Positions 52,252 to 63,615 of a stretch of 64,000 nt of DNA are shown here, in pieces. The position numbers and the translations under genes are program-made. Source of the stretch: a plasmid; sequence record CP113993.1, one strand, 5' to 3'. Positions within the stretch are counted from its first letter, which is position 1. Each line of letters opens with the position of its first letter. The notes under the pieces are model-generated. The model had not been told where the DNA came from. It made no database searches and worked only from the letters and a program-made list of their open reading frames with translations.

Positions 52252-52932
52252 TTTTGTTCATGGTTAGAAAAATAAGTAATGTTTTAGAAAGTTGCTGACC
52301 ATGAAATTTTTTGTCATGTATGCTGCAATAGTAAATATCAGGGATTTTTTGATAAAATGCCAGTTATGACGTGCTTCTGAACGGAAAATGATTTTTCAGG
52401 TACACTATTCCCTGTCGCCTCAGTCTGAAACCTTTGTCTTCTGGCGAGCCAATGCGGTATTTCCATCGGAGAAACTTGCCTCAGCTTCTGTAAAATGCAG
52501 CGTTTGCCACACAGAAGGAAATTTATTACTGATCCATTAAGAGGGATTAATCCTTTCTTCTAATTTCTCTTTTTCATTCATGCCCCCAAATGCCGATCAC
52601 CCGGACAAGGGTGTCAGCCTGGAATAACCACCTTTGGCTATTCGGTTCATGATTCTATCCGGAGGTGTAGAACTGGCCCAGGACGGAACGAGAGCGGCAA
52701 CAGGGATAAATCTTCTTCATGAGTCAGGCCTCGGCTGGTAGCTGCTGGCCAGCGTCCTGAGGCGGCTGGTACCTACGATTCAAAATCAATAAAAATAGCC
52801 AATTAAAAAATCAGCCGAAAATGAAGTTGATCAGAACATTTAAAGGGGGGAGGGGCAGGGACGTGATTTGGTGAACCAGAATCCGGAAACAGGTAGATGG
52901 ACTGACCCCCACGACCGTAGACAAGGTCTGTC

Positions 52933-53290
52933 CTCACGACGAGGCCTGTTCAAAGGCCTCCAGACTGACGCCGTCGAGATGACTGTGGCGCCGGGCCCGG
53001 TTGTAGAACACTTCGATGTAATTGAAGATATCCGCCCGGGCCAGATCCCGGGTTTTATAGATACGTTTTCTGATCCGCTCTTTTTTCAGCGAACTGAAGA
53101 ACGATTCGGCCACGGCATTATCCTGACAGTTGACACGCCGGCTTATGCCCGGTGCTAGGTTGTTGGTCCGGCAGAAGCGCTGCCAGTCGTCGCTGGCGTA
53201 CTGGCTGTCCTGGACGCCATTCCAGGAGCAAGCCGTTATCGGGATGCTGTTGATCTGCCTGTTTTGATTGCGCAGTAATGAATAAACTTC
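52933..53290 (-). pseudogene. IS3-family OrfB C-terminal fragment
   Basis: Minus-strand translation gives ...DSQYASDDWQRFCRTNNLAPGISRRVNCQDNAVAESFFSSLKKERIRKRIYKTRDLARADIFNYIEVFYNRARRHSHLDGVSLEAFEQASS*. Confidence 0.65.
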
Positions 53291-53329
53291 GCGTGAGATA
53301 TATCGCTTCCATCTTTGTATGCTCTTCGG

Positions 53330-54366
53330 CTACTCGCCTGGCGACATATGCCTTCGTTTTATCGTCAGTTCGCAAATGTCCGATAGCAATGATGTGAAGT
53401 ACACTATTTGCAGCACGATCTCCCCCCGGTTAAGCCGGTAACGATTCGTTTTTCCTGAAGATACGGGAACAGGGCTGACACCACAAAGTGCCGCGAAATC
53501 TGATTCTAATCTTAATCGTTGGGGATTGTCTCCGGCAGTGATCAGCAACTGTGAAGCGTTTTCGTACCAAATAGCATTATGTGTAATCAGTTCACGCACC
53601 AGCTCATCGACAAGTACCGCAATCATGACATCCAGATCAGCGATTTCGTCATGTAACTCGAGATAGCGTCGGGCAAGGGATTTTAATGTAATGCGATAAA
53701 CGCTGGTAACATTGCGGTATTCACTGGCATCAGGCCCCTAGGATCCCAGAGACCTGATGAGCTGCATGCGTGTCATAGTTCTGAACTGTTCACGTAATTC
53801 ATCCGGGGCAGAGATAATATTGGAATGGATAATCTGGAGAGCGACTCTGCGGGCTGATCTTGCTGTTTTTCGACAGGTTTTTAATACCCGCAGAGATTCA
53901 ATCATGCCATCATGCGTTTTGGGAGTCACTCTCCTGATACCCGCGAATGCTGCATGAGCGGCACATTCAGCATCAATCGTGTCACTTTTACCCCGTTTGC
54001 GTCGCGCCATCCGATCTGGCGCAGTCACCTCAGGTACTTCTAACCCGGCGTTCTGAAAATAACGAAGTAGCCCGGAACCATAGGTACCTGTGCACTCAAC
54101 GCCAATTCTCTTTAATGCCCCAAACGAGGTCATCCATGCCAGCATCTGCCGGTAACTTTGTCGTGTTGTGGAGAAAGACCGGGTTCCCGGGACTTTATTG
54201 TTCTGATCCACGACCGTGGAATCTCCAGACAGATAACCCGGACAGGACAGTAATGAGACAAGCCGTCAGGCCCTCCCTGAGTCACGCGCCCCGGTGAGAA
54301 GATGCCTCGCATGAAGGCGCTTTCGGCAACCGACAGGTCCAGGGCAGGTGAAAGAGTTACTGCCAT
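53330..54366 (-). pseudogene. IS110-family transposase, frameshifted into at least three pieces
   Basis: N-terminal ...IGVECTGTYGSGLLRYFQNAGLEV... (DEDD domain) and C-terminal ...ALCGVSPVPVSSGKTNRYRLNRG... signature, in different frames. Confidence 0.6.
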
Positions 54367-54953
54367 GGAACGTCACCCTCTCTGTAAACTAATTTTACCC
54401 CACGTCCTTCATGGGGCGCTTATTGATCTGAGCGGATTAAGGACGTTTGTGCGCGGGGGCTGCTGAGAAGGTACGTGTGCGACACGGGTGGCCGTCAAAG
54501 GATGAAGTCCGTCCGGCTCTGCTGACAGATATAAGCTATGTCAGGGCGATGGAGGGCTGGATGGTCACCACCCGCTCCCGCTGGTGTGAACTATTATCTC
54601 TCAACGTGCTCCCCGTAGCGGGTAAACTACCTGTTAAATAACACTGAACGCCCGGGTTGCCTGTACTATGTTTCACAGCTTATATTAAGCATGAAAGCTT
54701 TCACGTATTTTGTTGAGAGATTCAATGTCCATATTAAAACCGGAAGCTTTTCAATGAGATATGTCATACAAAACGAGGCTAATACAATTGAACGTACCAT
54801 CATGATGCACTGATTCTCATTTTGATAATTTGGAAACGACACAGGAGAATATTGATCCTGTTATTGCATACTAGTTTTAACGCGATCCACATATCCGCAC
54901 TCAAAATTCACCTTCCTGTATACATGGCATATCCATTGCTTGATTAACTTCTC

Positions 54954-55574
54954 TTACCTATGAGTGGAGACGAAGGTTATAGATACACTGCTGTTGGCCG
55001 TGACGTGCCACGTGTAGATGGCTATGTCCGGCGATGTCGACATCCGGAATGACGGTAACATCAACCAGCGGGAAGGCGCTGCTGTAGAGTTTGCCTGCCA
55101 GCGCCGGAGCGTCAAACTCATCCAGCCACCGGGTGGAGTACGGATACGGCTGCGTTTAGCCGTACAGAACAGTACCGGTATCACCAGTGGCAATTTTTTA
55201 TGGCCTGCCTCCAGGTGGCGCTGCATGGCGGCCACCGCATAGCGGAGCAGGCGAAAGGCCATATGTTTGTCCGGCGTTGACTGGTGCTCAATCAGGACAT
55301 GAATATATCCGTCGCCAGCGGTGGTTTTCAGGCTGTAGAGCACGTTGCTGAAATACTGGCGGAGATCATCCTCAACAAACGAGCCTGATTCCAGTTTCAG
55401 CGTGCTGAGATCGTAGATGGCCCGCAGCTCTGCGGGCAGATGCAGCTCCATGAAATCCCGGGCAATATCCGGTTGCGTCAGGAACTGCCTGAACGTGGCA
55501 TCGTGGGGAGTGGGTATGCTGATTTTTTTCTTTATCAGCCCTGGCTCTGAAAAGTGACTCGCAGATGTTATCAC
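54954..55574 (-). pseudogene. second Rpn-family nuclease gene, intact N-terminal two-thirds then a garbled C-terminus
   Basis: ...[30 protein letters not shown]...IHVLIEHQS... is a paralog of the 13235-14248 gene. After about residue 150 the translation loses the conserved YHG.../PLVD... blocks. Confidence 0.6.
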
Positions 55575-55616
55575 CGCCCGGAAAAGCTAACATTGGCGGT
55601 GAACGGAATTGCCATT

Positions 55617-56262
55617 CTAACGTGAATAAGTATCGTCAATCAGTTGCCTTTTATGGTTACCGTTACAGACCCTGATTACTGTCATCTTTGATACGCCAGC
55701 CAGGCGGGCTGTTTCACGCAGTGATTTGCCGTGGACCAGACGCGGAGTGCGTATCAATTCATGTTTCTGTGCATCGGCTACCCTGCCCCGATATCTGCCC
55801 TCCGCTTTTGCCTTGCGGATACCTTCAGCCTGGCGCCGTCGCCGGTCCTCGTAGTCTTTTCGGGCAATAGCGGCGAGCATATCCAGCATCATGCCATTTA
55901 CGGCCTTCAGCATGCTTCGGGTAAAGTCATCACTTACTGTGCTGGATAGCGCCAGATGGCTGGTCAGTAGGTCAGGACTGGCGATGGCCAGCTGCTTGTC
56001 AGTGATTTGCTTTCTGAGTGTCTCCCAGCCTGCATCATCCAGGCGGGTAAGCCTGTCGACCTGTTCAATGATAATGACATAACCATGTTCCGCATCCCTG
56101 GGAAGCCTGGTCAGCTCAGGACGGTTCATTGTAGTACCATCGATATACCAGCCAGCAATACGGTGGCCATGTTGGTTTGCAAATGCCTTAAGTGCATTTT
56201 TGCCCGGCCGACATCCTGCTCTGAAGTGGATGTCCGGAGGTAACCAAAAACGAACATTTTTG
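55617..56262 (-). pseudogene. serine recombinase (resolvase/invertase) with a frameshift in an A5 run near 56165
   Basis: The N-terminal piece MFVFGYLRTSTSEQDVGRAK (catalytic Ser) and the remainder KNALKAFANQHGHRIAGWYIDGTTMNRPELTRLPR...C-terminal HTH lie in different frames. Confidence 0.7.
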
Positions 56263-56469
56263 CCTTTCTGGTAACGTTTAAGTGGTATTGCTGATTATAG
56301 GGAGCGCGGTCTTGCTGTCCTTCCCATCATACCACGGCGTTCTCGCCGTCAAGGGCTGCGCGCGCTTTGCTCGCTTGCGGCAGGGGCCGTCTGCGACCCT
56401 GTGACAGCTTGCGCTGCGCCGTGCTGATGCCGGTTCGGGCAATACCGCCCTGGTAACCGGAGAACGATT

Positions 56470-56982
56470 ATGTCGCAACAGTCTCTTTCTACTTTTTTGC
56501 ACGCATCGCTGCTGGTGCGTGATATTCACGGACACTATTTACCAGCAACTGACAAACAGATCCTGGATGCTGCTTGTCAGATCATCGATTTGAAAATGCA
56601 GCGGGGAGCGCAATTTACTGCTGCATCGTCCACCCGGGATTATCTGTCTGTCAAACTGGCCAATTATGAACGAGAGGTGTTTGTGGTTCTGTTTCTTGAT
56701 ATGCAAAATCGGCTGATTGAGTACGCTGAAATGTTCCACGGTAGCATTGGCAGTACCGAGGTTCATCCGCGCGAAATCGTCAAAAAGGCCATGCAGAATA
56801 ACGCCGCGGCAGTTATTCTGGCACATAACCATCCGAGCGGAAATGCCAAACCGAGCGACGCAGACAGAAAGATAACTCAGCATATCCGTGAAGCGCTGAG
56901 TCTGGTGGAGGTTCGGACGCTCGATCATATCATTGTCGGCGGCAACGATACCATATCATTCGCGGAGCACGGGTGGTTGTAA
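56470..56982 (+). CDS. RadC-like JAB/MPN (JAMM) domain protein
   Basis: ...EVFVVLFLDMQNRLIEYAEMFHGSIGSTEVHPREIVKKAMQNNAAAVILAHNHPSGNAKPSDAD... includes the HxHPSG JAMM motif. Confidence 0.8.
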   Translation: MSQQSLSTFLHASLLVRDIHGHYLPATDKQILDAACQIIDLKMQRGAQFTAASSTRDYLSVKLANYEREVFVVLFLDMQNRLIEYAEMFHGSIGSTEVHPREIVKKAMQNNAAAVILAHNHPSGNAKPSDADRKITQHIREALSLVEVRTLDHIIVGGNDTISFAEHGWL

Positions 56983-57767
56983 CATGCGGGGCTGCGGCCC
57001 CTTTTTGGCTGAGGCTGGGTATTCCGGCTTTTCTGTGATCGCGGTCAGTCCGGTTTCATGCACCACATCGTCACACTTCCCAGCCGTCAGGGCTGCATAA
57101 TCTGTGGTCATTGTCTGTCATCGCAATTCACTCCTTGGCTCGCGGCTGGCGGTACAAGGCGCTGTATACAAGGTTGTGTCTTCGCTGTACTACGGACTGC
57201 ACACCCCCATGCTTGTTACCCTTGTCACCTGACTAGTGCCCTGCGTCCCGTCAGCTGCGGATGATAAACTCAGGAAAGATTAGAATAAAGCTGCCCCCGC
57301 TTTTTCACGTCAGTCCTCCCGGACAGGATGCCAGGAATATGTCGCTTTCACGGGATCTGAGCCACCTGGCGTAATGCCTGCACGGTCAAGTAGTCGATCT
57401 CTAATGGCTGCGGTATGGCAGAAATCTGTGACAAATTGTCGGAAAGGGCTGGCACCATTGACTGTCATCCCCTTTTGCTTCAGACGAGAGGGCATCATTG
57501 GCCACCGCTGGCACAGCATACCGGTGTGCAGCGATTTTAGGCTCCGTTGACCGTATCAGTGGTGCCCGCTTTCCTTTGCAGACAGGTTTCAGATGTCAGT
57601 TCGCTTGCCGTAAAATGGGGGATTCTGACGCCGTTCTCTTTCAGTGTGCCGGCCTACTGAAGGTTCCCCGGCGTGCTGAGTACGGGGGACGTCAAGTTTC
57701 CCGGCTGACGCTCTTTCCGGGATATGGTGATGTTATTTTCAACCAATACCAACACATGCAGAACTTG

Positions 57768-57880
57768 GATATGTTTAAAAAATAGAAAAATATGTACATA
57801 TTCGCTTGATGTGTCGATCTGACGTACATCTAATCGACATATGTCGATAAAATTGGATTTTTTAAACATGTTATGGCAAC
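57768..57880. promoter_or_regulatory. palindrome-rich putative operator upstream of fic (13-bp IR atgtttaaaaaat/attttttaaacat flanking TCGACATATGTCGA and tgtcgat...atcgaca)
   Basis: Perfect palindromes read directly from the sequence, immediately 5' of the fic reading frame. Confidence 0.4.
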
Positions 57881-58944
57881 CAGAACGACCCTTTAACCAG
57901 CTTCCGCTTTTACCTCCTGAACTCTCTCAAATAGAGACGCGGGCAGTGCTAAGAGCCTACATTAAGGCCAGATCAGCTCTTGCTTAACTGAAAACAGCCG
58001 GGCAGTTGCTTCCCGAGCAGGGGCTACTGGTTAACATTCTTCCAATGCTGGAAGCGAAAGACTCTTCCCGTATCGAGAATATTGTGACAACCAGCGATCA
58101 GTTGTTCCAGTATGCGGACCGTGAAGAACTGGCTGACCCGGCTACTAAAGAAGCGTTGCGTTATCGTACAGCGATGTATGAAGGGGTGAAACATATCGGG
58201 AAATATCCATTATGTACTTCTACAGCAGCGGCTATCTGTACCACGCTACGCGGTGTTGATACTTATGTACGTAAAACTCCCGGAACGGTACTACGCGATC
58301 AACATATGAATGTGGTTTATACGCCGCCTGAAGGTGAAGAGGTTATCCGTGGTTTGCTGACTAACTGGGAAACGTTTATTCATGCTCAGGACGAGATAGA
58401 CCCACTTGTGAAAATGGCAGTTGCACATTACCAGTTTGAGTGTATTCACCCATTCCCGGATGGCAATGGGCGTACCGGGCGCATTCTGAATATTCTCTAT
58501 CTGATCCAGAGTGAATTGCTGTCATTACCAATACTTTATCTTTCACGCTTTATTCTGGAACGACGTGCTGACTATTATGCGTTGTTGCGTGACGTTACAG
58601 TGAGGCAGGCATGGGAAGAATGGGTATTGTTTATGCTGGAAGGTGTCGCATCAACAGCAGCCTGTACGATCCAAAAGCTCGCACAGGTAAGAGCATTGAT
58701 GAACAGCACGGCAGACTACGTGCGTAAAGAGCTACCAAAAATATATTCCTGGGAATTGATTCAGGTTCTTTTTATGCAGCCTTATTGCCGTATTGAAAAT
58801 GTTGTGGGAGCCGGGCTGGCACGTCGCCAGACGGCATCTGTTTATCTGAAACAGCTTGTCAGTGTTGGTGTTCTTGATGAGATGGTTTCCGGCCGAGAAA
58901 AACTCTATATCAATACCCGGTTGCTGAATGAGCTGAACGCATAA
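57868..58944 (+). pseudogene. Fic-family (FIDO) protein gene with an in-frame TAA at codon 40; the downstream ATG at 58006 gives a 312-aa N-truncated ORF
   Basis: HPFPDGNGRTGRIL is the canonical Fic motif. Upstream in frame, MLWQPERPFNQLPLLPPELSQIETRAVLRAYIKARSALA-TAA-LKTAGQLLPEQGLLVNILP is a conserved Fic N-terminus interrupted by an ochre codon (about 57985). Confidence 0.7.
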
Positions 58945-59070
58945 CTGGTCCTATATAACCGGGCTGCAATTAACAGGAACATATAGGTGATTAAGCATAA
59001 GACAACCTGCCGGGAGGAGACTGCCAGTATTCATTCTTAAAAGACCACTGGGTCTCAGGGGGGAACCCGC

Positions 59071-60339
59071 TCAGGAATTGCTCACGATTTCCTTGCTGCT
59101 TCGGATATGCCAGGCCAGAGGCAGTGTCAGCAGCAGTGTGGCGGCCAGCAGCATAATGGCATGAGGGATCCCGGAGATATCACCGATACAGCCGAACAGT
59201 ATCGGTGCCAGCGTGCCGCCTCCGGTGGTTCCGGTGTAAAAGATGGCAAATGCCTGTTCGATTTTTCTTGCTCCGGCCAGGTCGGGTACGGAGCCATAAA
59301 GTACCGACGATGTACCGTTCAGCATGATCCCCAGCAGTGGCAACATCATCATCAGGGCCAGAAAGGGCAGATATACTGCGATGACGATCAATACCGCCGT
59401 GGTGAACTCCGTCAGCCACACCGTTTTCACCATGCCGATATGTGTACCCACATAGCCTGTCAGCAGTTTTCCGAAGGCACCGCCGACAAATAACAACGTC
59501 AGTCCGAGGCCAGTGTCTGTGATACCGGCACCTTTATCTTTCAGCAGAAACGGCAGAAATGTCAGGAAACCCATTCGTGCTGCACTGTCGAGCGTGCCGA
59601 TAACGGTCAGTACGTACAGCCACCGACCGGATGCCTTATCCGTGACGGGACTGGTGGTCAGAGGGGGCATGTCTGAGTGAGCAGGCCTGGACGGAATCAG
59701 CCACCACAGCAGCCCAGCCGTAGCAAGGCCAGACAGGCCCAGTAGTACGGCGCTTTCCCGCCAGTTGATGACAGCCAGTAATGCTCCGACCAGCCCGGGC
59801 AACAGGGTTTTGCCGATATCACCGGCAAAGTTATATTGTGCCAGCGCCTCTTTAACGCCACCTCCCGCGCTGTATGAATCGGTAATCAGTGAGGATGCCA
59901 GCGGATGTTGGACACTGGCGCCCAGTCCCCCCAGCAAAAGCGCCAGTAACAACGTTGTTAACCCGCCGGCCATACCCGCAAGGAGCCAGGCAATGCCCAC
60001 CAGCGCCGTACCGGTGACCAGCAGACATGCCCGTCCCCGCCGTCTGGCCAGTATACCAACGGACAGCTGGGAAACCGCCATCATCCCGGAATATGCGCCG
60101 CGCAGGAGGCCCAGCCAGGCATAACTCATCGCGAACTGAGACTGCCAGACAGGCAGTAAAACGTAGATGACATCAGTCAGCCCGTCATGTACGGCGTGAG
60201 CGCTGCAGCCTGCAAATAAGGCCCGGCGGCGAGAGCAGCCCCCGGAGAGTGACATGCTGGTATGAGTAAGACGTTTCATAATTCGGGGCATCCATTGTAC
60301 GGAGAGATGAATAATCAGACGACTGCCATCAATTGGCAA
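59071..60339 (-). CDS. major facilitator superfamily (MFS) transporter
   Basis: About 12 predicted TM helices of typical MFS size and composition. The N-terminus is uncertain, with a possible start at MKRL. Confidence 0.75.
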   Translation of the reverse strand: MPIDGSRLIIHLSVQWMPRIMKRLTHTSMSLSGGCSRRRALFAGCSAHAVHDGLTDVIYVLLPVWQSQFAMSYAWLGLLRGAYSGMMAVSQLSVGILARRRGRACLLVTGTALVGIAWLLAGMAGGLTTLLLALLLGGLGASVQHPLASSLITDSYSAGGGVKEALAQYNFAGDIGKTLLPGLVGALLAVINWRESAVLLGLSGLATAGLLWWLIPSRPAHSDMPPLTTSPVTDKASGRWLYVLTVIGTLDSAARMGFLTFLPFLLKDKGAGITDTGLGLTLLFVGGAFGKLLTGYVGTHIGMVKTVWLTEFTTAVLIVIAVYLPFLALMMMLPLLGIMLNGTSSVLYGSVPDLAGARKIEQAFAIFYTGTTGGGTLAPILFGCIGDISGIPHAIMLLAATLLLTLPLAWHIRSSKEIVSNS

Positions 60340-61107
60340 CGATACGGACTACCCTGTCGAAATATGGCCAACGGGAACAGTTGTTGAAACGTAATATCAG
60401 GAACAGTAATATTTATGTTTTCTGTATTATCGGTTTTCTGTGTATACAGCTATACAATACTAAAATGCTTAACAGAATTAACCGCTCCTATCAAGTGTGA
60501 ACGCTTTTATTTTCATAATATTATTTATTTATTTTCATTTTATAAAGATTTACAGCATCAATGCTACAGATAATTGACTGCTCCCCGCCCAGGTTTCACC
60601 GGTGTACCGGCTGCAGATGTCACATTCGATCGGCCGGAGAGGAGGAAAGCTGCAGAGTCAGGGCTGCGGGAACTTACCGGAACCGGTGTACGTCGGGTAA
60701 TCATCTGAAACAGGGAAATATTGTGACGAGTCATATGCGGGGGACTGACCACGCTGACAGAAACGTTTCCAGATCCACTGTACGGGACGCCCGGAACATG
60801 CTGTGTTCATCGTCCTTGTATAACAAGAAGGGACCGTGGTGGAGTAAAAGCGATCCTGCGCTGAAGAAATGGCGAAACGCCCCCTGGTGGGCATGACACC
60901 AGGGGGCGTTCCTAATCTTATAACTTCAGAGATGAGGTGCTGAAGTTATAAGATAATGAGTAATATCTCATCCGGAAAGCGGGTTCTCAATATTGTTTCA
61001 CATTTTTGTTATTTGAAATTCATTAAGTGCAAAGCTGTGGACGCATTATTTGACATCCTCCCCGCCCAGAAACACGGGACTTTACGGCATAACCAGGTAA
61101 AAAAAAG

Positions 61108-61927
61108 GGCACTGTTGCAAAGTTAGCGATGAGGCAGCCTTTTGTCTTATTCAAAGGCCTTACATTTCAAAAACTCTGCTTACCAGGCGCATTTCGCCCA
61201 GGGGATCACCATAATAAAATGCTGAGGCCTGGCCTTTGCGTAGTGCACGCATCACCTCAATACCTTTGATGGTGGCGTAAGCCGTCTTCATGGATTTAAA
61301 TCCCAGCGTGGCGCCGATTATCCGTTTCAGTTTGCCATGATCGCATTCAATCACGTTGTTCCGGTACTTAATCTGTCGGTGTTCAACGTCAGACGGGCAC
61401 CGGCCTTCGCGTTTGAGCAGAGCAAGCGCGCGACCATAGGCGGGCGCTTTATCCGTGTTGATGAATCGCGGGATCTGCCACTTCTTCACGTTGTTGAGGA
61501 TTTTACCCAGAAACCGGTATGCAGCTTTGCTGTTACGACGGGAGGAGAGATAAAAATCGACAGTGCGGCCCCGGCTGTCGACGGCCCGGTACAGATACGC
61601 CCAGCGGCCATTGACCTTCACGTAGGTTTCATCCATGTGCCACGGGCAAAGATCGGAAGGGTTACGCCAGTACCAGCGCAGCCGTTTTTCCATTTCAGGC
61701 GCATAACGCTGAACCCAGCGGTAAATCGTGGAGTGATCGACATTCACTCCGCGTTCAGCCAGCATCTCCTGCAGCTCACGGTAACTGATGCCGTATTTGC
61801 AGTACCAGCGTACGGCCCACAGAATGATGTCACGCTGAAAATGCCGGCCTTTGAATGGGTTCATGTGCAGCTCCATCAGCAAAAGGGGATGATAAGTTTA
61901 TCACCACCGACTATTTGCAACAGTGCC
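61108..61927 (-). mobile_element. IS26 (820 bp, complete)
   Basis: 14-bp terminal IRs GGCACTGTTGCAAA at 61108-61121 and, inverted, at 61914-61927. It has an internal tnp26. Confidence 0.9.
61160..61864 (-). CDS. tnp26: IS26 transposase Tnp26
   Basis: MNPFKGRHFQRDIILWAVRWYCKYGISYRELQEMLAERGVNVDHSTIYRWVQRYAPEME... (234 aa from the MNPF start). Confidence 0.9.
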   Translation of the reverse strand: MNPFKGRHFQRDIILWAVRWYCKYGISYRELQEMLAERGVNVDHSTIYRWVQRYAPEMEKRLRWYWRNPSDLCPWHMDETYVKVNGRWAYLYRAVDSRGRTVDFYLSSRRNSKAAYRFLGKILNNVKKWQIPRFINTDKAPAYGRALALLKREGRCPSDVEHRQIKYRNNVIECDHGKLKRIIGATLGFKSMKTAYATIKGIEVMRALRKGQASAFYYGDPLGEMRLVSRVFEM

Positions 61928-62020
61928 CCGTCCGGATACTGCCAGATATCGGCGTCCAGGGAGATGTCCTGAAGCGCGGTGTCCGGAATTTCAGGTTTGT
62001 GTCTCTACAAAGACTAACTA

Positions 62021-62836
62021 TCAGAAAAACTCATCGAGCATCAAATGAAACTGCAATTTATTCATATCAGGATTATCAATACCATATTTTTGAAAAAGCC
62101 GTTTCTGTAATGAAGGAGAAAACTCACCGAGGCAGTTCCATAGGATGGCAAGATCCTGGTATCGGTCTGCGATTCCGACTCGTCCAACATCAATACAACC
62201 TATTAATTTCCCCTCGTCAAAAATAAGGTTATCAAGTGAGAAATCACCATGAGTGACGACTGAATCCGGTGAGAATGGCAAAAGCTTATGCATTTCTTTC
62301 CAGACTTGTTCAACAGGCCAGCCATTACGCTCGTCATCAAAATCACTAGCATCAACCAAACCGTTATTCATTCGTGATTGCGCCTGAGCGAGACGAAATA
62401 CGCGATCGCTGTTAAAAGGACAATTACAAACAGGAATCGAATGCAACCGGCGCAGGAACACTGCCAGCGCATCAACAATATTTTCACCTGAATCAGGATA
62501 TTCTTCTAATACCTGGAATGCTGTTTTCCCGGGGATCGCAGTGGTGAGTAACCATGCATCATCAGGAGTACGGATAAAATGCTTGATGGTCGGAAGAGGC
62601 ATAAATGCCGTCAGCCAGTTTAGTCTGACCATCTCATCTGTAACATCATTGGCAACGCTACCTTTGCCATGTTTCAGAAACAACTCTGGCGCATTGGGCT
62701 TCCCATACAATCGATAGATTGTCGCACCTGATTGCCCGACATTATCGCGAGCCCATCTATACCCATATAAATCAGCATCCAGGTTGGAATTTAATCGCGG
62801 CCTCGAGCAAGACGTTTCCCGTTGAATATGGCTCAT
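62021..62836 (-). CDS. aph(3')-Ia: aminoglycoside 3'-phosphotransferase APH(3')-Ia (kanamycin/neomycin resistance)
   Basis: MSHIQRETSCSRPRLNSNLDADLYGYRWARDNVGQSGATIYRLYGKPNAPELFLKHGKG... is the Tn903/Tn4352 AphA1 sequence. Confidence 0.95.
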   Translation of the reverse strand: MSHIQRETSCSRPRLNSNLDADLYGYRWARDNVGQSGATIYRLYGKPNAPELFLKHGKGSVANDVTDEMVRLNWLTAFMPLPTIKHFIRTPDDAWLLTTAIPGKTAFQVLEEYPDSGENIVDALAVFLRRLHSIPVCNCPFNSDRVFRLAQAQSRMNNGLVDASDFDDERNGWPVEQVWKEMHKLLPFSPDSVVTHGDFSLDNLIFDEGKLIGCIDVGRVGIADRYQDLAILWNCLGEFSPSLQKRLFQKYGIDNPDMNKLQFHLMLDEFF

Positions 62837-62923
62837 AACACCCCTTGTATTACTGTTTATGTAAGCAGACAGTTTTATTGTTCATGATGATATATTTTTA
62901 TCTTGTGCAATATAACATGGGTT

Positions 62924-63615
62924 GGCACTGTTGCAAAGTTAGCGATGAGGCAGCCTTTTGTCTTATTCAAAGGCCTTACATTTCAAAAACTCTGCTTACC
63001 AGGCGCATTTCGCCCAGGGGATCACCATAATAAAATGCTGAGGCCTGGCCTTTGCGTAGTGCACGCATCACCTCAATACCTTTGATGGTGGCGTAAGCCG
63101 TCTTCATGGATTTAAATCCCAGCGTGGCGCCGATTATCCGTTTCAGTTTGCCATGATCGCATTCAATCACGTTGTTCCGGTACTTAATCTGTCGGTGTTC
63201 AACGTCAGACGGGCACCGGCCTTCGCGTTTGAGCAGAGCAAGCGCGCGACCATAGGCGGGCGCTTTATCCGTGTTGATGAATCGCGGGATCTGCCACTTC
63301 TTCACGTTGTTGAGGATTTTACCCAGAAACCGGTATGCAGCTTTGCTGTTACGACGGGAGGAGAGATAAAAATCGACAGTGCGGCCCCGGCTGTCGACGG
63401 CCCGGTACAGATACGCCCAGCGGCCATTGACCTTCACGTAGGTTTCATCCATGTGCCACGGGCAAAGATCGGAAGGGTTACGCCAGTACCAGCGCAGCCG
63501 TTTTTCCATTTCAGGCGCATAACGCTGAACCCAGCGGTAAATCGTGGAGTGATCGACATTCACTCCGCGTTCAGCCAGCATCTCCTGCAGCTCACGGTAA
63601 CTGATGCCGTATTTG
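62924..63615 (-). mobile_element. IS26 copy truncated at nt 692 (lacks the IRR-proximal 128 bp and the tnp26 start); with the complete copy and aphA1 it forms a Tn4352-like unit
   Basis: The IR GGCACTGTTGCAAA is at 62924-62937. Sequence identity with the complete copy ends after ...ccgtatttg at 63615. Confidence 0.85.

Noticed and set aside
60826-60843. gggaccgtggtgg, a possible fifth SopB box
   Set aside because: Only the left arm matches. The right arm (ggtgg versus ggtcc) breaks the palindrome, so it is likely chance.
61337-61972. 211-aa plus-strand ORF (and its 158-aa twin at 63153-63629)
   Set aside because: It is the antisense strand of IS26 tnp26, a well-known spurious ORF.
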